Source: Lepidodermella squamata
Taxonomy: Eukaryota; Animalia; Gastrotricha
DNA: 64,000 nt
Assembly (NCBI GenBank): GCA_047495785.1
Contig: JBLDXI010000007.1
Span: 992,001 to 1,056,000, forward strand
Direction: 5' to 3'
Part shown: piece after piece, positions 36,311 through 49,900 of the stretch
Layout of the letters: every line of letters begins with the position of its first letter
How positions within the stretch are numbered: position 1 is the stretch's first letter
Translations under genes and position numbers: made by a program
The notes under the pieces: generated by a model
Told to the model about the DNA's origin: nothing
Seen by the model: only the letters and a program-made list of their open reading frames with translations
Database searches by the model: none

Positions 36311-38311
36311 TATAGATCTTTGACTGACCTTTTTCAGCCATTTAATTGAGCTCTTGCTAAAACAACGCATCGCGAATAACTCAGTGACCAATATATTTGA
36401 ACGGTTAAAAATAGGTCGCTGGAAATCACGACGATATTGCGCGACTAAGTGGAAACAAGAGTTAAAATTGCCCCTATACTACAACTATAGTGGACTAGGC
36501 TTCATGACTCGGACTCACCCGAAAAGTGACAATGTAAACCGGCAACCTGAGTTGACCGTTTTCAGGTTTCAGACCTACCGTATTCCCTTGCAAACTGTGG
36601 CAGCCAATATGAACGCCGGCACATCAAAAGTTGAATAACGAAATCCCTCATTAAGTATGGCAGTGCCACAAACCGGAAGGGACTGGTATATTAAGCGAAG
36701 CAGGAATAAAATCGTGATTTTATTTATTTTGATGCGCGAAAGCAGAAGCCAAAAATTTGTTTTGATTAGAATTAAAATATCGGTTGTAGAAGATGACTAA
36801 AATATTTACGAATTTTACTCGAAAAATTAAAAAAATTAGTTGGCGAAAGCCACAATTTAATGATGAAAATCGACGGTGAAACTACAATTTTCCGGTTTGA
36901 AGTCCCAAAATTGACGGTGAAACCGCAAAATTGATAACAGATAGCCTTTCCCCCTGAATATTAAACCATTTATTCGAGGAATTTGGCATCATTGTCGTTG
37001 CTCTCGTCGTCAGTGATGCCGGTGGGTTCAGGGGCAGGCAGGTTCTTCATCTTCGGACTCGTTTTCGAGGATGATTTGGTCAGTCGAGAATGAAAGTCGG
37101 TGGTGCATTGGTCGATGATGGGAGTTTCCAATTAGCTTCGCAATACGCACTCTTAGCCATATCACGGGTAAAGTGTAAAGAAAAATCACGCATCACGTAT
37201 GGTAGACGGCTCGAAACGGCATTGAGCCGTGATTACCCGTTACACGTCACGTAGAAACTTCTCTTTCGTGACGCGTTGATGACGAAATATCTCGACATTT
37301 GCTGTTTCTATCAGTTATCCGTCACGCCTTGAGTAGTTTTTCCGTGATAAATGCCGTAGACATGCGCGCGATGGACAATTTTGGTCGAGAAAGTGTATCA
37401 TCGGCTGTGCATCGGTAAATTGACGGCTTTCTGCGCAGGTTAACTCAAACGCCCTCGTGAAAGGCATAGAAAATATAAGAATGCTCTAATAACGTGATCG
37501 CTACGAAATGGCTTATTTTCTATATACTTACGTTAGTCCATTATGATAAAAAAATCCTGATTGTTTGCTAGATTATAGCTACGAGCAGAAGGGCTGTAGC
37601 GTAAACATTAAAACATCGCAACTCATACTTCTCGTTGCAATCCACTAATATATAAAATATGCTCAGCAAGAAAACCGCGTATCACGCGTTGGAGACGATA
37701 TTGAGCGATAATGTCTCGAAAATCAGGGACCTATAAAGACAGGCGCTTCGACCAGCAGATTCCTCTTATTAGCAATTTACCAACGACATCTTAGAATTTG
37801 ATTTGAAATTTGTTGCGCATATATCTAGAGCTTCAGTCGCCTGATTTTTTGCCAATTATTTGTCCGATAATTTCGACGGTTTTTAATGTACATTTTCACT
37901 AGAAATTTCCCGCGTCGCAAAGCTTGCCGATGAAGGTTTAAAATACAATTTATTGGAAATAATTATTTGTTGATGCTCTTTGAGCTCGTTTGTATGATCC
38001 GGAGACCGGAGGCTTCCACTGTGACGGGACATGTTTAAGTTCAGCAGCTTCTAGTCCGGAACTGGTCAGTCAGTTTGCTATAATCCAGAAAAATCGCCAG
38101 TCACAACACAGAACTTACAAAGATTATTAATCGCGTGCCAGGTTTTTCATGAATGGTCATAATTTTTTACAATTTACGTTTGGCGATAATAAAAATGCTC
38201 ACTATTATTTGCTGTGTATTTTTTTATTGAATGATAACGTATCTTTTCACCCGCCTTTTTTGCCATAGCCCAACTAGATTCACACTCAACTCGAACTACC
38301 AAGCAACAACG

Positions 38312-38974
38312 ATGGCTAGTGGCGGATCCGACACAGCAGATGGCCGAAAGCTGCCTAAAGTACTAGTTTTCGATTTAGATGGCTGCGTCTGGGCTCCAGA
38401 AATGTACGAATTATGGGGAGGAGGGGCTCCTTTCGAGCCTGTAAATGGCGGCGAACATTTAAAAGTATGAACGGTTAACAAAATCCTCCTTAATTTTTAT
38501 TTCTTTTTATTTCCTAAATTTTTCATTTTTACTTGACAGGATCGCAAAGGAGAAAAAGTTCAACTCCTAGGCAACATTCGAGACATTCTTCTAGAGTTGA
38601 AAACTCATCCGAAATGGTCTAAAACAGCTATTGGAGTGGCATCAACCTGTGACGAGCCAAGCTGGGCTCGGGAATGCATTCAGAAATTCAGTGTTGGGCC
38701 TAACCTCAAGCTCAAGGACGTCTTTCAACACGTTGAAATCTACAAGGCGCGAAAAACCACGCACTTGAAAGCGATCTCGAAGGCGACCGGTGTGGCGCTG
38801 GAGGACATGATATTTTTTGATAATCAAATGAATAATTGTGAAGATGTTGTTGCAATTGGCGTTACTGTCATGTACACGCCAGATCCTCACGGCGTGACAT
38901 GGGCGAATTTTAACGAAGCGCTAGAAAAATTTCCGTGTCCTGGCAAAATTCTTGGAACCAAGAAATGGAAGTGA
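38312..38974 (+). CDS. MDP1: Magnesium-dependent phosphatase 1-like (HAD IIIC), intron 38465-38539
   Basis: PKVLVFDLDG motif I, VAST motif II, KTTHL, MIFFDNQMNN motif IV; phase-0 GT-AG intron. Confidence 0.88.
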
Positions 38975-39399
38975 AATAAATGATGACGACTAAACGAGTT
39001 TTTTTTCGCAATTCGAGAGAGGAACAGTAGTTTTTCATGCTTAACAAAAATTGCAAAAATTCATCTTTGACATGGGACAGAAAAACTGAAATTGGGGAAA
39101 TTGCCTGTAAAATTAATTTTAATACTAAATTTGATCAAAATCCTACTACGAACTCCATTACTTCTGTAAAAAGTTCCAAAACCGATCCAATTTTACGAAG
39201 TCGGCCTTCTTTCCAGCAATTTTAGGCCTATTTTATCGAGACATGCAGATAGCAAGCCAATAATCAAAAGGAATTGAATAGAAAACGAAATTCCCGAATT
39301 CCATTGAAATTTGGCGAATAGTTGAGAAATGGGAGCTAAAAATAGAGAAATTCGGTCATAATTTAACGTCCTTACGATTTGCTTTGGCATATTTCTGAT

Positions 39400-40425
39400 T
39401 TTATTTTACTACCACCGCCTGTTACGGCGCTCTCGGCGCGATTACATAGCCTCATAGACTTAGAAATTTATGATGCAATCAACAATGTAAAAAGGCGATA
39501 TAAAATGAACGGTAGAAAAGATAATATGCCGTTTCTCTAAAAAGAGTGCTGGTTATAAAACGACTTGTAGCCAGTCCCGTGGGTCGTGTGAGAGGCTCAG
39601 CTGGCTAGGTTTTGAAACTTCACGTAAATGCCAAGCTGGGCACTTATCGGCAAGTACTTTGCGAGCGTCTTCTGACGTTGGGCGGATACCGCAGACGTAG
39701 TTGATGTAGTCCGCCGTATCTAGACCTGCTGCTAAGCAGCGTTCGCCATAGCGTTTGAAGGCACCAAGGAAGACATCCTCAATGGAGTCGACTCCGGCGT
39801 AAGCGATGACGTCTATTACTTCCGTTTCGAAGGGCAGATCAAACAAGGCTCGAAGGCAGTGGGCTTGGATTTCCAACAGTTTTCCAACCGAGGAGGGCGC
39901 AAGGCAACGAAGGGCAGGGGCTCCATAGGCAACCAAGGACTCCAGGACTGTTTTATAAAAGAGCACACAAAGGTTTTTAGGCAAAACATGCCGCTTGGCC
40001 AAGGCGTAGAGGGCGCCAAGGCGAGGCTTCAGTTTTGAGGCAATTATTTCAAGATGGTAATTCCAACTTAGCTGGGGTGTGAGATAAATCCCGAGGTAGC
40101 GTGCGCGGTTGACCTGAGGCAGGGGCTGGCCATATAGCTCAAAGCGTACTTCAGGAGGCGAGTTGCCATATCTACCGAAGACGATCACTTCACACTTCCC
40201 CGGGCTTAAGCGAAGCCGCCATTTGTTGCACCACACTTCGATTGAGCGTAGGCGCTTTCTTAGCCTCGCGACGCTGGCTGCAATCGAGTAGCCGAAGGTC
40301 CAGATTAGGGAGTCGTCAGCAAATGTGCCTTTTGCGACAGATCTGGTGGCGTCTTGCGGCGAGGAACCTTTTGGCTGAATGTCCATGGCATAAAAGATAA
40401 AAAGTAGAGGTGCTTTGTAGTTCAA
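39400..40425 (-). mobile_element. 5'-truncated LINE reverse transcriptase fragment
   Basis: FADD, WCNKWRLRLSPGKC, RYLGIYL..LSWNYH, LFYKTV..YG; A-rich 3' end near 39400. Confidence 0.85.
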
Positions 40426-40712
40426 AATTATTTTGATCTAGACAAAAATTCGCATTGGGGAACTGCGTAAAATTAGACGGATGAGAAACTGCGACGGCGT
40501 TATCAGCATGTCCGTAAAATTCCACGGGTGTGGTATAACCGAAGCCCTTGTCAAGATCTGCGATTGTATGAGAAGGCACCTGGATAGACTCATGTCCAAC
40601 GGACGGGGGCCAAAATGCATGGAAACCTATAAAAACGCCTTGAACTTCTGAGTTCCAATCACAAATTGATTTTTCCGTTTCAATATTTTTCCGTTAACTT
40701 TCCGACTATAAA

Positions 40713-41088
40713 ATGAAGGCAGCCATTATCGCAATTGCACTTTTTGTCGCCAGTGCCAACGCTTTTAGCGTGCCAAGTAAGAGTGGGAGACAATTTTTAC
40801 CGAAACGTCGACAATTTCCGCATTTTTATTGTTTCAGTTTCGTGTGATCCGAAGACGACCCCGGCTGGTAAGCTGTGCTGTGAAGGCACTCAATTCAACG
40901 CTACCCCGATGGAAGATTGCTGCGGTGCGTTCGTTTACAACATCAATAACTCGATTTGCTGCAATCGCCGCCCTCTTCGCGTGCCAAGTGGGTCACCTCA
41001 TAATTACGCATGCTGCGGCAATGCTTTCTACGAAAAGGGCAAGCAGTCCTGCTGCAACGGCCAAGTTGTCAATAAGAAGAAGTGCTAA
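40713..41088 (+). CDS. Small secreted galaxin-like di-cysteine repeat protein, 2 exons
   Basis: Signal MKAAIIAIALFVASANA, GTAAGA..TTTCAG intron, five CC motifs (LCCEG, DCCGA, ICCNR, ACCGN, SCCNG). Confidence 0.8.
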
Positions 41089-41222
41089 ACTGTTCGAAGC
41101 AGAAATTCATCCAATTATTGACTGAAAATCAAAGTTAATCCAATAAATTTAGGTTGGGGTTTACTTAAGGTTTAATTTTTTGAAGTGCAAATGAATCTTG
41201 GTTACTACGTTGCTCCACAAAT

Positions 41223-42218
41223 TTATTCATCGCAGACTAAAAAGAAGAACATTGAAAATATGAAAATGTCTTCAACATAGTGTAGTCCTGCTGCCTTATT
41301 AGTGGTGCTACTTGGTTCTTCCGCCGCCGAAACCGTAGTAGAGGAGTAGAAATCATCGTATTTCGGAGTAAGGGAGGATCCAGCAGTCGCAGTTGTAGTA
41401 TTTGGCTCGTCCTTAACGGGTGTTTTCCTATGCTCTAGCTTGCAGTTATTGCGCAATTTCATGGCGCTATCGTCCGAAATCAGTCTACTATGGATTGAGA
41501 GGCAGGAAATGGCGTCTTGAGGCCGCAAATAAGTCGTAGGCACGTTTTTGTCGCATGATGCCTTCGATCCTATAGCGATTCGGAAACCTCGTGTCTGAGG
41601 ATATTCAGCAGGAATATTCAAGGTAGCAGCACCGCTGTTTTTTGGCATGCCATCAACAAGATTGGCGTATCTTAACATTTCGCCTTTCCTGTCAATCTCC
41701 AAGGTAAAATAGTTCCATTTCCCAACAGCAAAACCTTTCATATCACCCTCATCGAACCCGGTCGGCCCGAGTTCATAATAGATTCGGCCATTACTTGAAT
41801 ATCCAATAGATAGGTAGCAACTCAGTTCATCATTCGATGAATTAACAAGGTATATTGACAGAATCCCGCCCTTTCTCATCGTCTGCTGGCTGTAATTCGC
41901 GAGATAGAAGTACAAATTTACAGTTATATCGTAAGCTCGACGATTCGGTTCGCTATATTGGGCTATGTCGCAGGAATGTCTACGCTCGAAAGTTGTGAAA
42001 GATGTTTCAGCAATTCCGAATGGGCCATCCTCGGCTAGTTTCGGACAGCTTTTCGTGCCTTCTAGCAGAATTGCGTTGTTTGTTACGTCGTTGAGGCCAG
42101 TTCTCCGCGAGTAGGGCCAAGCTCCAACGAGTGACGCATTTTCAGGCCAGATGATGGAGTCCGCCAATGCGGGATTGACCACCAAAAATTGAGCTATTAG
42201 TAGAACAATTAAGAACAT
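41223..42218 (-). CDS. Secreted or GPI-anchored LamG/concanavalin-A-like protein
   Basis: Signal peptide, LVGAWPY, VGKWNYFTL, AISCLSIHSRLIS, Ser/Thr-rich stalk, hydrophobic C-terminus. Confidence 0.65.
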   Translation of the reverse strand: MFLIVLLIAQFLVVNPALADSIIWPENASLVGAWPYSRRTGLNDVTNNAILLEGTKSCPKLAEDGPFGIAETSFTTFERRHSCDIAQYSEPNRRAYDITVNLYFYLANYSQQTMRKGGILSIYLVNSSNDELSCYLSIGYSSNGRIYYELGPTGFDEGDMKGFAVGKWNYFTLEIDRKGEMLRYANLVDGMPKNSGAATLNIPAEYPQTRGFRIAIGSKASCDKNVPTTYLRPQDAISCLSIHSRLISDDSAMKLRNNCKLEHRKTPVKDEPNTTTATAGSSLTPKYDDFYSSTTVSAAEEPSSTTNKAAGLHYVEDIFIFSMFFFLVCDE

Positions 42219-42597
42219 TCGAGAGCGAAATGATATTTTTTTGATTCGGCGCTTTTCATCAGTTAATAAATTCGCAATAAGTCACGGTCAACTTGTGATA
42301 AGAAAATCTGTCGGGCGCTGAATAACTGGTTTATTCGCGCGAAACTTGCACTGTTCTTGATATTTATTGAAATATTATTTTCAGCTTAATCTTCGTGGCC
42401 AGAATGCACGTTAATGAAGAGGTAGAGAGGCACGCAGAAGTGCCGCGTCTCTTGAGCATACTTATCGGAAAAGGTTTATCGTTTTTAATAAAATTTTTAC
42501 TTACACCAAGGTCTTATCAACTGTAATTCAACTGTAATGCGAGAAAAAGATTAGAAGGTGTGAGAAATTCGATTAAGTGCCAACTGCAATGTAACAT

Positions 42598-42721
42598 GGA
42601 AAGGAAAGGAAAGGAAAGGAAAGGAAAGGAAAGGAAAGGAAAGGAAAGGAAAGGAAAGGAAAGGAAAGGAAAGGAAAGGAAAGGAAAGGAAAGGAAAGGA
42701 AAGGAAAGGAAAGGAAAGGAA
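42598..42721. repeat. (GGAAA)n microsatellite
   Basis: About 25 perfect pentamer units. Confidence 0.98.
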
Positions 42722-43164
42722 TCATCCTCGGCATCCAGTTAACCGTCTATAACCTGCCGCAAATGCAGCTCCCATTGGCCTTCGGTCATCGCATTCGATA
42801 TTTGATGTCACTGAAATAGTACTCTTTTTAATTCACATTGAATAGCAAAATCCCCGAAAGTAATGGCTGCCTGCAAGGAATCGAACCACGGCATAAAAAT
42901 GCTATCACACACGAAAACAAAAGAAAACGCCAAACAGTGTATCTCCAACGCACGTGGCGTGAAAATGTTGCATCGTCGGTTAGGGCCATCCGATCACTCA
43001 TGTTCCGGCAACCCGACATTTTTTATATTACAATTTTAATATAATTTTTTTTCTATTTATCTCAAAATTAACACTCTCGGAGATTACATTATTTGTAGCC
43101 GCGCCTGCTCGATGAAATTTGATCAAAATTCCGTAGTTATTATCTTTTAGTTTCGAGACAGCAT

Positions 43165-43385
43165 CCACTGTGATGCCACTCAATTCGAAGCTACCCCGAC
43201 GGAAGATTGCGTTAGTCATGAGACGTATGTTTTGACAGAGAGCAAACAGTCCTGTTGAAACGGCCATGTTATCGAAAAGAAGACTTGCTCAAAACGTTAC
43301 GAGGCAGAAATTGATTCCAGAGCGAAAATTATTGACTAAAATGAATATTAGTCATCCAAATTAATTTATAGGTTGGGGTTTTAAT
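43165..43385 (+). pseudogene. Decayed duplicate of the galaxin-like gene
   Basis: CACTCAATTCGAAGCTACCCCGACGGAAGATTGC and CAGTCCTGTTGAAACGGCC (Cys codon to stop) plus 3'UTR match 40885-41160, with an internal deletion. Confidence 0.75.
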
Positions 43386-44121
43386 TCTGCGCGTGCTTTT
43401 GCACATGAATATTCATGACCTTACAGTAATGACTAGAAGCATGGCTTTGAGTGCACTCAAACAGCAACTTATTGACATCAAGGGCGGCGTTTCTTAGCAA
43501 TGCGTCTTTTCACGCGCGGCAGAAACCTCTTCGAATTTTATTATTATTATTTCGCCCGTAAATACCTCATCTCATTCTACCTTAATAAGTAGTTGCGTCA
43601 GTACAGCAAAACAACGGCATCTATCTCTGTTTTATTTAAAAGCGAGCTGTAAACAAAGAATTATAGTTATAATAATATAAATAAACAAAAAGTTTGAGTA
43701 ATACGCCCGCGTTGGGTGATCTATTTCGCTTCGTCATTTTACGGGCACTCTCTGATGGGTATTCGTCATTCATTTATTCATTCATTGAGGTGCTTAATTA
43801 TTGAAAGCCAGCCCCAAGCTCCCTATTAATACTGCTGTTTTACGGGACGGGAATACAAGTGACAAAAATCTACAATATACCAAAGCAGCGATTTCTTTTC
43901 ACAACTGAATACCTGAATAATAACAGGCCTTTTCTTAGGATAACACAAAATCTGTTGCCTCTGCTTCATTGATGCCGTGTCAAGATGAATCGCCCGCAAT
44001 TCTTGACCGCTGTTGTAGCGCGAAATTGGCGCCACACTTTGGCGGCTCTTTTTCAAATTACGCATCGGCCATGACGATGTGACAAATTTTTCGGAGATCT
44101 ACTACTACTTCCAGAGCAGCT

Positions 44122-46254
44122 ATGGCGTCTTCAAACCGACCGCCTGAGGCTAGACCATTCCTTCCTGCTGGAAATCAAGTATCAAACAGAAATAATGCTC
44201 TAAATATTCAGCATTTGGGTAATTTTAATTAATTTTAATTAATTGAATTTCTGTAAAATTTTTTATCAGGACCTGCTGCGAAAATTCTCATAGTTACTGG
44301 TGCTGTGATATGCGTCCTGCTGATCATTTCTTTGCTCGTTTTTTACCTATGGATATGGCCGCATCCTTGCTTTAAAATCACCGATAAATCGTCGAAAAGC
44401 CCCATCGAAATCGCCTTCGATCTGCGAAAGTCTCTAATTTACCTGATTTTATCAAAACCTCTACCGACCGGGCTTTTTAAAAGTCCGCTAAAAGTCTGCG
44501 GGAAACAGCCGAATTTCGACGCAACGCTGATGGCAGCATTCAGTCGGGTTAAATTAGCCGCGACTAAGGTCGCCCTAAAACCGGCCGAAAGCTGTTTTTC
44601 CGATAATTCAAATAGCCAAGCGATGAAATTAGTCGTGAAAAATGGCGATTATTTCTCGAATATGACAACGAGTGGCCTGGAAATATCGATTGAATTGGTC
44701 GATAAATCGCCTAAAAAGCCAGCGTTCGCCAGGCCATCGGTAAAATACCTGCATTTATCGGCTCGAAACGGCTCGCTACACTCACCGACGCCTAAGCGGC
44801 TAAAAATCGATATCGAACAGCAAAGTCAATTGCATTTCGAGCCGCCGATCGGTGTATGGCTGAGTGATTCGCTCAGTCTTTTTACTAATGACGTTTTACT
44901 ACTACCATCAAAATCCGCGGAAAATCACTGCGGCGCCCCGGCGATTGGTTTGGGAGTCGACGGTGGGATTTTATCAAAAATCGGCCAAGTTCTATCGCAT
45001 CTCATCTACTACGGCAGTTTTAGCCAGTTGGAAACCAGCGCCGGGATTACTCAATTACTTTTCGTGAAATCAGTTGAAATTTCGCAATTTACCGCTCAAA
45101 CTAACCCACTCATGTTCGATGTGAAAATGGTGAATCAATCGCTATCGGAAAGGGGGCGAGTTTTCAGTTTGAAAGAGGCCTACTTCAAGCTGGATCATTC
45201 TCTTGTTAGAGTCGATAATCTGAGTTTAAACCTCGGCGATTCTGAACTAGCTTTAAAGAGCTTCCTAACCTTCGAGGCAAATTTGTCCCATGTCAACGCG
45301 AAAGGAACAGCGAAAAAGTTGGCTGGTGGCCAGGGTGGGTCGAAAATTCAGGAGGAATCCCAGTTAGACTCACCGCCGCCTCAAATGCCAGTTGAAATGT
45401 CGTTCCGCGACTCGCATTTCAAATTTTACTTCGACTCTGACCTATTTTTCAGCCGCAAATCAGTTGAGAAAACTTCGAATCAATCTATCTCGGCCTTTAA
45501 TCGGACAGGTTTTTTTCGGATGAAGCACGTTAATGCTGCTCAATTTGGCTACGACCAGCAAAATTCAAGTCTAACCGCTGCGCTTTTAAGCGGGAATCTC
45601 GAAACAGTCCTCATCAGGTCTTCAAGTGAATTCGTCCCGGATTTAGTTACCTCACTCGTTCAACTTATGATTATTTTCAATTTCACGATTTCAAACGTTC
45701 GAGGTCAGAACGTTAAGGTGGCTATGGGTGGGTCGCCGCGTGAGACCGCCCTTCAGCTGTACCGAATCGGGAAAATTTCGAATGAAATGAAGTTTGCCTT
45801 CTCGTTTTTTGACCATTCGGTGAAATCTCGGGAAATTGCCAGCCCGAACGCGCCTTATGCCGTAATAGCTCAAGCGCTAATGTCCGGTCCTGCGAGCCCA
45901 GCAATTAACAATAATTCAAAACTTCCACTGCTTAAATCTTCTTCGCCGTCGTTGCTTGCTGCCGGTTTAAAATCGAGCTCACTAGTTTCAGCCCTAGCCC
46001 CGCCGACTGGGATGGACCTCCAGCTATGGACCTTTACGATTAACGACCTGAGAGCTGCGGCTTTCCTGCCCAGTAAAAGTTACTTTCAAATCGACCGGCT
46101 ATCCCTAAAACTTGACCCGAGTTCATCTGATTCGAAGTCTACGGAGAAAAAACAACAGGAGATTCGGAAAAATCGAACTAATAGCAGTGGTGATAAATCG
46201 ACACAAAACGCCGACAACGCATATAATTACGACGATTATTCTGCTTTTTTCTAA
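44122..46254 (+). CDS. Uncharacterised ~690-aa single-pass membrane protein, 2 exons
   Basis: ATG 44122, phase-1 intron (G|GTAATT..ATCAG) joins to the 649-aa ORF; hydrophobic helix near the N-terminus; Ser/Leu/Phe-rich remainder with beta-strand-like patterning. Confidence 0.7.
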
Positions 46255-46449
46255 TTAAAAAAATATTTTTATTGAAAATCGAAAATAAAAATTGAAAAAA
46301 TGACGCTAAGTTTTGCGGTAAATATGTGATTTAATTAATCCCTCAAAGGTCATCGCATAAAACTTAATTAAATAATTAGCAATATTAGCGTGACCCAGAA
46401 GTTGCGCCACTATTTTTTGATTCAGCAACTTTTTGTGACTAATTTTAAA

Positions 46450-46610
46450 TTTTAAATTAAACCTACAGAGAGAATATGCCATATTTTATCCGCGATGTAA
46501 CCGAAGAAATAAAAAATTTACCGGAGAAAACCCGGAAAACCCCGATGGTAATTGGTTCGGTAATTTTCGGTATTTTACCCGGCTGGACCAAAGTACTCCG
46601 GATTTACCAT
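46450..46610 (+). repeat. Dispersed repeat family A (other copies ~3990-4160 minus, split copy 27540-27574/31900-31990, fragment ~63760-63800 minus)
   Basis: Shared TTTACCGGAGAAAACCCGGAAAACCCCGATGGTAAYTGGTTCGGTAATTTTCGGTATTTT core. Confidence 0.8.
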
Positions 46611-46923
46611 TAACAAGTGACATGATTGATCACTATTGCTGTAATGTTTTGAATTTTTCCATAATTTTTCTGGCCATGAGATGAGACTTCGTCTCTCATT
46701 TTAGACTTTCTGAACCCTTTTTCGTGATTTTCTTTGCTTGCGTTGGGACAAGTTGTGAATAATAAAACTCGACGACAATTTATTGCGGAATAAATATACG
46801 AAGGTAATTTTATTGGAATTTTAAAGCTTTGCGAAATATAAAAATGTTTCATCTGCAAGTCATTTGAATATAATTTGCAAGCTTCGGTCGAATCCCACCA
46901 GGAATTCCATCAAATTTTGTAAA

Positions 46924-49900
46924 TTAAAAGTGGAAATGGCCACTGTGATCGTCGTGCTCGTGTTGATGTTGGCTACTCGTGTATTTAACAGCCTCGTGTT
47001 TGACACGAACATTCGATTGCTGGCATTTACCCGTCGTAGCATCAGCCTGGCACGTCTCCAGATCAACGTCAGGAATCGCGCCGACAACCATGTTCGACGG
47101 CTCGCTCCACGCCGTCATTGTCTGTGACTCCTCTTCGACAACAAAAGCTACGACGGAGAAGTAGACCTTAGACCCAGCTGGCCATGACGACTTTTCAAGC
47201 GTGATTGTGCCGGTTCGGGCGCGGCCAGCTACGTCGGTCGGTTTCGATGGCAATTTGAAACTTTCGACAATTCGGCCGTCGATTTTCGGCGAAACTTCGA
47301 TTTCGTCACTGCGGCCCCAAGCATCAAGCGGGTTCGATGTAGCGTTCAGGGCATAATAGGTCGCTAATAAAATGATCAGAAAATAAATGATCAAAAAATC
47401 GTTCTTTTCAAAATTTCGATATTTCAAATTTGAAATTTTTGAAATTTTGAAAAATCAACCTTCAACCTTTTTGAAATTTGAAATTTGAATTTTGCCAAAT
47501 TTGAAATAGAAATTTTTCAAATTCAGGTCTTAAAATACTCACGTTTTCCGCTATCAACTTTCATGCCATTCCTGGCAACGGCAATCCAGGTAAACGTAAA
47601 GGTCACATTGTCCTTAGTCGGTTCAGTGCTAGCCAAGCGGAACTCAGTGCAACGAGCCGGCGGCAACGTTTCAACCAAATCGTCCGAATTGCGGCTGTTC
47701 AACTTTTTCGGCACAACAACGCGTTTCGGCTCGCTTTCGCCCACCAAATTGCGAACGTCTCTGCCTTCGCTTGAATAAAGCATAGAGTCGTTGATTCGAC
47801 GTCGGATAACAGCTGATTTTGTGCTGTACAGCGACCCGCTCTGGTCTTCGAAGCGAACATCTCGCACCTCGAAAGTGCCGATTTGAAGCTCGCGGTTGAA
47901 AGCAATGTAGTTCCATTCGTGTTTGAAACGAGCCAAGAAATTGTCAGATTTCGGGAATCCCAACAATACACGTTTTGTCTACAATTTGAACATTTTTAGA
48001 AAATAGGATTTTAAAATTAAAAAATTAAAAAAATTAGATTAAACTCACATAAAACGTTTTTCCACCATCACCCTTGACTCGAATTGTGATACCATAACGG
48101 CCAGCGTACAATGCGTTATCATCAAGGCTGAAAACACCCGAATAGATGCCGTCATTCTTGTACAAATCAACACCATCCGCGGCGAAATTTTCGTAGCTCC
48201 GCCCATCGTCCACCAACGGAATGATCCAGCGCCTGTAATAAAGCCCTAGATCAGCCTGGCTCTCAAACGCCTGACCACTCTCGACAACAGCCTCAACCTG
48301 AGCGTTCAGGACAGCCATTGATCCGAACGAAATTGAAGCAACAATAACTTGGACGTTTTGTTGAGGACGGCGCCACCATAGGGCTGGGTTGGTAATCTCC
48401 CCAACTCGAATCTTACTAGTATACATTTTACCCTCAACAGTGAACGTTTGCTGCATTGACGTATCGACAATAGTTGCCGCCGAAATTGTTACGGGTTGAT
48501 GCTTAGATTTGTAAGCTGCCGAGGACGAAATTTGAAACTGCCAGTTGCCAACTTGTGGTTTGAAATTCATAGGGCAGGACAATTTGTTTAGAGTGGTTGA
48601 AACTGTGCAATCGACGACTGATTGCGAATTCGGGTCAATTAGTGATCCGGAGACTGGGGCGAGACTTGGGTCGTAGAAGGCCGAGATCAAGTTGTCATTT
48701 GACAACCCATCGTCCAATAAAATCGGGACAGCGATCTTGCTACCAGGCTTCAACTCGGTGTTAGTCGTAGACAAAACCGCCCTAAATAAAAAAAATCGAT
48801 TATTTTACTGTTTTTTTTTCAACCAATTATTGTGTCACCTTTTGATTGTGTCATCTTGGGTCAGTTCGATTAGAGCCGATTGGAAACTGACCAAAAAGCT
48901 GTAGATGCTGTCAGCGTTAGAAATCAAGAACGATTTGCCGCCGGTTTTATCGGCAATCTTTTCCAGCTCTTTATCCGCCTCGTCCGTAATTGCGACCGTG
49001 TGAACAACAACACGCTGGGCGATAATTCCATCGATGCTGTCGTCGTAGAAATTATCGGTGAAAATTTCGCCGTTCGGCCCGCATCGGTTATTCTCGCCGT
49101 CGGTCATCAGCAACATTTGACCGCCGAGACGACCGGTTTTCTTCAGCATATCTGTCGCCAAGTTCAAACCACTTTGAATGCAGGTAAAACCATTTGGTAC
49201 GATTGCTTCAATGGCTTTGATCAAACGAGCCTAAAATAAAAAATAAAAAATATTTAAATTAGGCGAAAAATTTTAAATATAAAAATCAATCGATTAGAAT
49301 TCGATTTGAAATTGGGTCAAATTTTCCTAATATTAAAATAAAATTTCAAAACTAATGAGGTCACACCTTTCCAGCAGCATCGCATTTCTCGAAATCTGAA
49401 ACTTTGGTGGCGACATTATCAAAGGTGACCACACCCAAGTAAATCGTTGGATCGGTCAAATCGATGAACTGAGAAGCTGCCGCCTTCAAATTTGCAATCG
49501 GCTGGTCAACCATCGACCCGGATGAGTCCAGAACCAGTACGATGTAATTAGGCGCTGGGGCAATGGGTTTAACTGTCGTCGTCCCACTTCCAGATGGCTT
49601 TTGGGTAGTCGTGGTAGGGCCGCCTTTATTCTCCTCATACGCCTCGTGAACGATGATAAATTCAGGGGTGGTGTCAATGTTGGATCGTGGCGGAGTCCCG
49701 CGGCCGTTGAAATCGTCGTGGGCTAGCATGACGTCGAACGTAGCGTGGCGGTTGCAAACACGGTTGTGCGTGTTGTCCATTTCGATGTTGTGGTGGCGTG
49801 TTGCGTCGCATGAGCGGCCGTCGCAGAAGTGGATAACTTGGTCGGCGTCGAAAAGCGGCGGCGCCCAATCTGGCAGCCAGGCCAACGAGGCTGTCACTTT

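Noticed and set aside
42560-42742. ORF with ERKGK repeats
   Set aside because: Translation of the (GGAAA)n microsatellite
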